Assembly (NCBI RefSeq): GCF_018977255.1
Contig: NW_024704743.1
Span: 16,928,001 to 16,992,000 of the forward strand
Source: Callorhinchus milii
Taxonomy: Eukaryota
Direction of reading: 5' to 3'
Length of the DNA stretch: 64,000 nt
The position numbers and the translations under genes were made by a program. Under the pieces are notes generated by a model. It was not told the DNA's origin. It did not search any database and saw only the letters and a program-made list of their open reading frames with translations. This document shows positions 60,901 through 64,000 of the stretch, in pieces; within the stretch, counting starts at the first letter, position 1, and every line of letters begins with the position of its first letter.

Positions 60901-63789
60901 CAATCCATAACTGCTTGTGGGACTCTGCTGTGCGCGATTGGCTGCCGAGTTTCACTCACAAAACACAGTCAATTCACTTTACAGTATATTCTGTGAAGCA
61001 CTTTGAGATGTCTTGAAGACGTGATAAGACGCTATATTAAATGCAAGGATTATTATTATTATAACCTACTCAGTGGCCCCAGGCTTCAGAGAATCTTTGT
61101 TTGGATTCAAATATAAACTGAATGAGAATTAATTCGGAATTCCTCACAGATTAAGTCACATGGAGCGAGTTCAAAGAACCTGCTCCTGTCCTGAATTCCT
61201 ATATGTTGAGCTTGACATAGTTATGACGTGAATACTATCACAACGCACAGACTGCATAAAATATCTGAATCTCCATTATTGTCACCAAGGATTTTTAGTG
61301 AAATTATAAAGTGAAGGGTCACCATGACATTCTCTGTTGCAAAATTTCTGAGTTTGCTATCTGTGGCTATGTCTAAACTGGTTTTGTTTCATGCATTCTG
61401 AATAGGTGACCATATTCAAGAATGTGGATCTTATGCACAAGACAACTTATATTGTGTCTGAAGGTTCTCTAGGCTATGTCTCGGAGAGAGGTGATCTTTA
61501 CATCCGAGTTTACAATGGTTGGAGGAAGCTTCAGGTACCTTACAATTTCTTGGTTCAATGTGGACTTTATGATGTCTGCCACATGTGCTAAACATTTCCT
61601 TTTTATTTCTTGGCAGCTTGGCGATTTGGTTCCTGCCCCTGCTGATGATCCATTTAATGCCCTTAACTATCTCCCAGTATGTAAGAATTTTTGAACCTGC
61701 TCATAATTTTAACCAGAAATTTGAAGAAGTGAATATTTTCAAACCTTTATCCTTTTTTTCCCCTTTTGCTCCAGGCACCAAATTCCTTCCCCAAGATAAA
61801 TAACGAAAAGCCAGCAGTAAGTGCATTATTTATCACATCACGGTTAATATCAAATTCAAGGTCTAGAAAATGGCGATGCTTTTCAGTATAATTTGCAAGT
61901 ATACAATATTGAATTTATTCAATGAGTTAGTACATTGTAGAGCCTGATCTGACCAGCTTGGATCTGTTTGCATTCTATCTCATTGATAGGCCTCTCACGA
62001 CTGACAGCTTCAGTTTGCTCTTGTAATTCCAGTGAAGCCTGGAAGGACTTTCAACTAAGTTGCCTCCATCCATCTTTCTGAAGTAGTTTTGAGTAACTTT
62101 TGTTTGAAATGAAGTTAGTGTGAATTAAATGTCGCTGCAGTAAAACAGCTTTCAAATTAAGGGAGAATTGAATACTGCAATTGAAAATGCTGCACGATCT
62201 TAAATGTTAATGACAATGGTCTTAAGGCTAAGCCTGTGAAGAATTTTGAGGCTCTGGTGTTGATTTGAAGGATTGAATGCTGGTCATTTTTTTGTATGAT
62301 TGATTCGTTTTGTATTTTTATTTTACAACAAAGCTTTTATTCTGTTTTCTCTGGTAGTTGCACCTGGTTGCATTGAATACACCTCTCTCTGGTAACATGC
62401 AAGGCATCCGTGGAGCTGATTTTCATTGCTTCCAGCAAGCTCGAGCAATGGGCTCAATGGCAACTTATCGGGCTTTCTTATCCTCTCATCTACAAGACCT
62501 GTACACCATTGTGAGGAAGGCTGACAGAGTAAAGATGCCAATTGTCAACCTAAAGGTAAAGGGTTTTGGACGTCAGCTTTCACTGAATCCAGAGGCTAGA
62601 AAATGAAAAAAGTGAAATTACAAAGGCTTTTTACAATCAATTACTAAGTTCTCGACGCTTGGTTTCTATGTAAAGAAACGTCACAAATTTACCCCCATAT
62701 TTCAGATCAATATTCATTAGCTGTTTTGGATATAGGAACTGGGAGCCTGAGACAATGGGGTCTTTATTAGAGATACCTGATTAAGGACAGATGATGTGTT
62801 CGCAGTGGAGTTTCTATGTGCGATAGATTTCCAATTCCAAGGAGTTCCCACTCAGATTCCATGAAAGGGGAAATCCATTTGAAATTGATGCATTTTAAAC
62901 CCCAATGAAAAAACTGTGTGTTTGTGTATTGGTGGGGTGGGAGGAGGGAGAGGTGGGTGACAACACACTTTGTCTTTCGTGTGTGTGTGAGTTTAGAACT
63001 GTATAAGTGTAAGTACATGCATTTTGCCCATTTATACCTCAATCAGTCTGTTAGCTCCTCGAACGTTAGCCCAAAATATCTCCACCGTTTTTCACTTTTA
63101 CACATTATTTTCAAAAGGGGGAAGTGCTCTTCGCCAACTGGGAGGCCATATTTAAAAGCCGTGCCGCGTTCGACACAAACATTCCTATTTATTCCTTCGA
63201 TGGTAGAAATATCATGAAAGATCCATCCTGGTAAGTCTTTATGCCTCTGCTCGACTGGCTCAGGCCTTTTGCATGTCCCTCGTGACCTTCGTTCCACCAT
63301 TGGTGGCCACTACGCCCCGAAACTCTGGAACACTCTTCCTCTATCTCTCCATCTTGCACCTTCCTTCCCCATTTTCAGGTTGCACCTATTCGAACGTACC
63401 TACGATCACCCCTCACCCCCTGGCTCGGAGTCGTGCACCACCACGGTCACGCACTCTGGAATGCTACCCAGTGTGAGAGGAGCTATATAAATGTAAGATG
63501 TTGTTGTTGTCTTCTCGAACCTCTCCATTGTTATAAACTAAAAGAAATATCCAACACCAATTTTTCCAGGCCTCACAAAATAATATGGCATGGGTCAAAC
63601 GAAAACGGAGCCGGTGTCCCAACGAACTACTGTCAAGCTTGGCGGAGAGCAGACATGGTGATTACCGGGAAGGCCTCACCACTGTCAAGTGGGAAACTAC
63701 TGGTTCAGCATCTGTACAACTGTGCCAATAACTTTGTTGTTCTGTGCATTGAAAACAGTTACATGCATGACCAGAGGAGGAGAAAATAA
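3788..63789 (+). CDS. COL15A1: Collagen type XV alpha 1 (multiplexin), 5'-partial spliced CDS: 35 exons in window, 961 aa + stop
   Basis: All exons have AG/GT boundaries and compatible phases; lengths sum to 2886 nt with no internal stop. Interrupted Gly-X-Y, then trimerization and endostatin-like domains. XV-type motifs: FNFS interruption, [34 protein letters not shown], short hinge ending [35 protein letters not shown]. Confidence 0.9.
4580..4606 (+). CDS. COL15A1: Exon w2 (27 nt) GVPGKDGKH
   Basis: tttgcag / gtaagt, phase 0. Confidence 0.9.
5088..5452 (+). mobile_element. Older Deu-domain SINE (SacSINE1-like)
   Basis: tRNA head GGCTCAGCTGGTAG and GATGAGACATTAAACCGAGG Deu core; related remnants near 7690-8020, 31548-31800, 45490-45690, 51015-51205, 54270-54500(-), 55065-55290, 59640-59950(-). 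Confidence 0.7.
6262..7641 (-). mobile_element. L2-clade LINE 3' fragment (tail type A), decayed RT
   Basis: [41 protein letters not shown] in broken frames; (TTG)n end. Confidence 0.9.
7690..8020 (+). mobile_element. Older Deu-domain SINE
   Basis: GATGAGATGTTAAACTGGGG...AAAGATCCCATAGCACTATT...GTGTCCTGGCCAAC. Confidence 0.7.
8274..8336 (+). CDS. COL15A1: Exon w3 (63 nt) [21 protein letters not shown]
   Basis: attcag / gtacat, Gly-X-Y. Confidence 0.92.
10480..11050 (+). mobile_element. CR1 LINE 3' end interrupted by a SINE
   Basis: AGAGTGTGGTAAGAATTGGATCTCATTGCC...GAAGGGAATAGAGG, continuous across 10602-10909. Confidence 0.65.
10602..10909 (-). mobile_element. tRNA-derived SINE, short form, nested in CR1
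   Basis: Very similar to the 11-329 copy, with a small internal deletion. Confidence 0.9.
11114..11194 (+). CDS. COL15A1: Exon w4 (81 nt) [27 protein letters not shown]
   Basis: atttag / gtgagt. Confidence 0.92.
11290..11545 (+). mobile_element. L2 LINE 3' tail (type B)
   Basis: AAGCGCTCTGGGACGCTACC...(TTG)n; relatives at ~21105-21357, 52540-52645, 63245-63510. Confidence 0.75.
12615..12683 (+). CDS. COL15A1: Exon w5 (69 nt) [23 protein letters not shown], non-collagenous interruption with EGSG
   Basis: Long pyrimidine tract + catcag / gtaagt; EGSG motif typical of multiplexins. Confidence 0.88.
13025..13097 (-). mobile_element. Isolated SINE tRNA-like head
   Basis: Reverse complement of GTCCTG..TAGTGGTTAGAGGACTCGCCTCGCAAGCGAGAGGACCTGGGTTTGAATCCC. 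Confidence 0.7.
14660..14790. repeat. Degenerate tandem repeat, ~19-20 bp AAATCCCTAACTCT unit
   Basis: About 6 imperfect copies containing CC(C)TAA. Confidence 0.75.
15008..15184 (+). CDS. COL15A1: Exon w6 (177 nt) [10 protein letters not shown]...GEPGPR
   Basis: ttctag / gtaagt. Confidence 0.9.
15878..16300 (+). mobile_element. CR1 LINE 3' fragment
   Basis: Broken [11 protein letters not shown] / [14 protein letters not shown] coding remnant plus tail GGCCTACTCCTGCTCCT; similar fragments at ~3515-3640(-), 13660-13905, 47740-48125(-), 58348-58572(-). Confidence 0.8.
16480..17660 (+). mobile_element. L2 LINE fragment (type B), heavily decayed
   Basis: CCCAAGGCTCCATCCTTGGCCCC (PQGSILGP), GCAGATGACACCCAG (ADDTQ), (TTG)n tail. 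Confidence 0.8.
17665..17890. mobile_element. Imperfect ~200 bp palindromic element, MITE-like
   Basis: Perfect 11-bp IR 17758-17768/17793-17803 plus alignable outer arms. Confidence 0.55.
18737..19287 (-). mobile_element. L2 LINE 3' fragment (type A)
   Basis: [13 protein letters not shown]...[13 protein letters not shown]; tail GGGACGTCATTCCGAAGTGAAGG. Confidence 0.85.
20531..20584 (+). CDS. COL15A1: Exon w7 (54 nt) [18 protein letters not shown]
   Basis: cctaag / gtgggt. Confidence 0.92.
20942..20977 (+). CDS. COL15A1: Exon w8 (36 nt) [12 protein letters not shown]
   Basis: ccacag / gtaatt. Confidence 0.92.
21435..22900 (+). mobile_element. CR1 LINE 3' fragment carrying nested insertions
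   Basis: [11 protein letters not shown]; tail resumes at ~22806 after an L2 insertion. Confidence 0.65.
21953..22805 (-). mobile_element. L2 LINE 3' fragment (type B) nested in CR1
   Basis: [26 protein letters not shown]; (TTG)n end. Confidence 0.85.
22998..23150 (+). CDS. COL15A1: Exon w9 (153 nt) [10 protein letters not shown]...[11 protein letters not shown]
   Basis: ttctag / gtaatg. Confidence 0.92.
23230..23560 (-). mobile_element. Decayed L2 3' fragment
   Basis: Similar to the type A tail and GGAGTTCCAGAG motif. Confidence 0.55.
24224..24301 (+). CDS. COL15A1: Exon w10 (78 nt) [26 protein letters not shown]
   Basis: caacag / gtaagg; GFE|DMEGSG junction is a conserved multiplexin feature. 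Confidence 0.92.
26250..26285 (+). CDS. COL15A1: Exon w11 (36 nt) [12 protein letters not shown]
   Basis: tttcag / gtaagt. Confidence 0.92.
26475..26788 (-). mobile_element. tRNA-derived SINE, short form, full length
   Basis: Very similar to the 11-329 copy. Confidence 0.9.
27826..27888 (+). CDS. COL15A1: Exon w12 (63 nt) [21 protein letters not shown]
   Basis: tccaag / gtttgt (weak donor), perfect Gly-X-Y. Confidence 0.85.
28169..28456. mobile_element. MITE (non-autonomous DNA transposon) with ~100 bp imperfect terminal inverted repeats
   Basis: Left GGGTCTGAAACACAACCATTCTAAAGGAGATTTCTTAA vs reverse complement of right GGGTCTGTAACACAGCCATTCTAAAGGGGATTTCTTAA. Confidence 0.8.
28983..29950. 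repeat. Purine-rich minisatellite, 24-32 bp units, CTGGCA(C/G)CAG core with (GA)n
   Basis: About 33 tandem units; explains the long repetitive ORFs on both strands. Confidence 0.95.
30729..30764 (+). CDS. COL15A1: Exon w13 (36 nt) [12 protein letters not shown]
   Basis: ctgcag / gtaaga. Confidence 0.92.
31831..31914 (+). CDS. COL15A1: Exon w14 (84 nt) [28 protein letters not shown]
   Basis: gcacag / gtaagt. Confidence 0.92.
32142..32433 (+). mobile_element. SINE long form, 5'-truncated
   Basis: GGGCAAGTTTT..CCTCTGTTTACCGAGCAGTAA...GCAAGGATTACTATTA. Confidence 0.75.
32672..32734 (+). CDS. COL15A1: Exon w15 (63 nt) [21 protein letters not shown], interruption with two N-glycosylation sequons
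   Basis: tttcag / gtgagt; resembles the NITHGFMNFS interruption of collagen XV. Confidence 0.88.
33740..34410. repeat. Low-complexity / degenerate tandem region (TATAG, GTGTA and GCATGT(G/A)AAGTG motifs)
   Basis: Recurring (CTC)GCATGTGAAG and AAAGTGTA motifs. Confidence 0.6.
34520..34555 (+). CDS. COL15A1: Exon w16 (36 nt) [12 protein letters not shown]
   Basis: catcag / gtaaga. Confidence 0.92.
34795..35055 (+). mobile_element. CR1 3' fragment inserted in a SINE tail (SINE halves ~34740-34794 and 35056-35112)
   Basis: [22 protein letters not shown]; the flanks rejoin as a SINE 3' end. Confidence 0.75.
35871..35924 (+). CDS. COL15A1: Exon w17 (54 nt) [18 protein letters not shown]
   Basis: attcag / gtatgt. 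Confidence 0.92.
36750..37640 (-). mobile_element. Decayed CR1 LINE fragment
   Basis: Tail ACAGAAACAGGCCA..GCCCAAC and RT C-terminal remnants. Confidence 0.65.
37650..38756 (-). mobile_element. L2 LINE fragment (type A) with internal deletion near the tail
   Basis: [38 protein letters not shown]. Confidence 0.9.
38830..39050. repeat. Degenerate (CA)n-rich simple repeat
   Basis: ACAC/ACAG-rich run. Confidence 0.8.
39950..42537 (+). mobile_element. Longest L2 LINE remnant (type B): APE endonuclease traces, RT and tail, split by a SINE
   Basis: [16 protein letters not shown] (APE-like); [24 protein letters not shown]; (TTG)-like end. Confidence 0.88.
40290..40614 (+). mobile_element. tRNA-derived SINE, short form, nested in L2
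   Basis: GGAGTCCTGTAGCTCAGTGG...GCAAGGATTATCATTATTATT. Confidence 0.92.
43072..43158 (+). CDS. COL15A1: Exon w18 (87 nt) [29 protein letters not shown]
   Basis: ccacag / gtagtt. Confidence 0.9.
43303..43338 (+). CDS. COL15A1: Exon w19 (36 nt) [12 protein letters not shown]
   Basis: ttacag / gtaaga. Confidence 0.92.
44150..44583 (+). mobile_element. L2 3' fragment (type A), followed tail-to-tail by a minus-strand SINE 3' half (44590-44745)
   Basis: CACTGGCTTCCC..CAGAGGATCGAGTTCAAG; tail GGGACATCCTCCTGACGTGAAAAG. Confidence 0.8.
44944..44997 (+). CDS. COL15A1: Exon w20 (54 nt) [18 protein letters not shown]
   Basis: ttttag / gtaagt; KGEFGLPGR as in collagen XV. Confidence 0.92.
45086..45142 (+). 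CDS. COL15A1: Exon w21 (57 nt) [19 protein letters not shown]
   Basis: ttgcag / gtaaga. Confidence 0.9.
45814..45882 (+). CDS. COL15A1: Exon w22 (69 nt) [23 protein letters not shown]
   Basis: tttcag / gtaagg. Confidence 0.92.
46042..46083 (+). CDS. COL15A1: Exon w23 (42 nt) [14 protein letters not shown], collagen XV-diagnostic Cys exon
   Basis: gaatag / gtaagt; RPHCKMP motif. Confidence 0.92.
48448..48490 (+). CDS. COL15A1: Exon w24 (43 nt) [14 protein letters not shown](G)
   Basis: tattag / gtaagg; its phase-1 end is needed to join w25. Confidence 0.85.
48738..49165 (-). mobile_element. L2 3' fragment (type A)
   Basis: Collinear with 6262-6690 and 18737-19170. Confidence 0.85.
50535..50815 (+). 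mobile_element. L2 3' fragment (type A)
   Basis: GCCTTCAGCCTCTCTGCCCC..CTCTGGAACTCCATCCC; tail GGGACATCCTCCTGACATGAAAGG. Confidence 0.8.
52105..52194 (+). CDS. COL15A1: Exon w25 (90 nt) (G)[29 protein letters not shown](G)
   Basis: Pyrimidine tract + gaag / gtatct, phase 1-1. Confidence 0.9.
52813..52853 (+). CDS. COL15A1: Exon w26 (41 nt) (G)[13 protein letters not shown]
   Basis: ttttag / gtaagc, restores phase 0. Confidence 0.87.
53503..53619 (+). CDS. COL15A1: Exon w27 (117 nt) [39 protein letters not shown]
   Basis: tcaaag / gtaagt. Confidence 0.9.
55308..55620 (-). mobile_element. tRNA-derived SINE, short form, full length
   Basis: Very similar to the 973-1291 copy; partial copies at ~54700-54850 and 60020-60147. 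Confidence 0.9.
58045..58189 (+). CDS. COL15A1: Exon w28 (145 nt) [12 protein letters not shown]...GAAGVFGS
   Basis: ccacag / gtaagc. Confidence 0.92.
58893..59281 (-). mobile_element. L2 3' fragment (type A)
   Basis: Tail GGGACGTCCTCCCAATGTGAAA; collinear with other copies. Confidence 0.8.
59518..59582 (+). CDS. COL15A1: Exon w29 (65 nt) (A)[21 protein letters not shown], last collagenous exon
   Basis: tttcag / gtaagt. Confidence 0.92.
60697..61062 (+). mobile_element. tRNA-derived SINE, long form
   Basis: Head, CTCTGTTTACCTAGCAGTAACTAGG block and shared tail. Confidence 0.88.
61406..61534 (+). CDS. COL15A1: Exon w30 (129 nt) multiplexin trimerization domain VTIFKN...EGSLGYV...[12 protein letters not shown]
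   Basis: gaatag / gtacct; EG-x-x-x-Y...IRV-x-x-GW-x-KLQ motif. Confidence 0.93.
61617..61676 (+). CDS. COL15A1: Exon w31 (60 nt) [20 protein letters not shown]
   Basis: tggcag / gtatgt. Confidence 0.9.
61775..61816 (+). CDS. COL15A1: Exon w32 (42 nt) hinge [14 protein letters not shown]
   Basis: ctccag / gtaagt; EKPA end as in collagen XV. Confidence 0.9.
62358..62555 (+). CDS. COL15A1: Exon w33 (198 nt) endostatin-like domain part 1 LHLVALN...PIVNLK
   Basis: tggtag / gtaaag; [26 protein letters not shown]. Confidence 0.96.
63118..63230 (+). CDS. COL15A1: Exon w34 (113 nt) endostatin-like domain part 2 [12 protein letters not shown]...DPS(W)
   Basis: caaaag / gtaagt. Confidence 0.95.
63245..63510 (+). 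mobile_element. L2 3' tail (type B) filling most of the last intron
   Basis: CACTACGCCCCGAAACTCTGGAAC...GCTATATAAATGTAAGATGTTGTTG. Confidence 0.8.
63570..63789 (+). CDS. COL15A1: Terminal exon w35, coding part (W)PHKIIWHGS...[15 protein letters not shown]
   Basis: ttccag acceptor; WHGS, YC-x-x-W and VLCIENS motifs; TAA stop. Confidence 0.96.
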
Positions 63790-64000
63790 GTCAACAGCTA
63801 GATGTGAACGATTTGGGTTATATCAAGTCTACAATTTCATCAGAAAATCAGAAAATGGATAATACACTGTTATTTTCTATAAATATGTGAATGCCTGGAT
63901 GATGTAAATATTGCTTTCTGATGAGATTGTAAGTTTACAGAAAGTTACATGGAAATAGAAGCCAAAGATGACATACCTCAAACTCTGCATTGGCCGATTT
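63790..64000 (+). other. Start of the 3' UTR (no AATAAA within the window)
   Basis: AT-rich sequence after the stop codon. Confidence 0.75.

Noticed and set aside
3788..63789. COL18A1 as the gene identity
   Set aside because: Some helical segments are XVIII-like, but RPHCKMP, the NFS interruption, the short EKPA hinge, absent zinc-binding His pair and restin-type residues favour COL15A1. Synteny cannot be checked in this window.

Overview
This is eukaryotic vertebrate DNA, most likely from a cartilaginous fish; that is inferred from the Deu-type SINE, L2 and CR1 repeat content, and the species cannot be fixed from this window. The whole window lies inside one + strand gene, a multiplexin collagen best identified as COL15A1. 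I reconstructed 35 GT-AG coding exons from 3788 to the TAA stop at 63787-63789. They join in frame (2886 nt, 961 aa) and encode the interrupted Gly-X-Y region, the trimerization domain, a short hinge and the endostatin-like (restin) domain. The N-terminal TSPN exons lie upstream of the window and the polyA site lies downstream. The introns are packed with decayed tRNA-derived SINEs, L2 and CR1 LINE fragments (several nested in each other), MITE-like inverted-repeat elements and a ~1 kb minisatellite. Almost all ORFs in the supplied track are spurious. I found no evidence of a new multi-gene system. The best leads are the collagen XVIII-like segments kept in this collagen XV, candidate cassette/poison micro-exons, a two-form SINE family sharing its tail with an L2, and several unclassified inverted-repeat elements. 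Comparisons with human COL15A1/COL18A1 and with named repeat families are from memory, not alignments; repeat boundaries are approximate.
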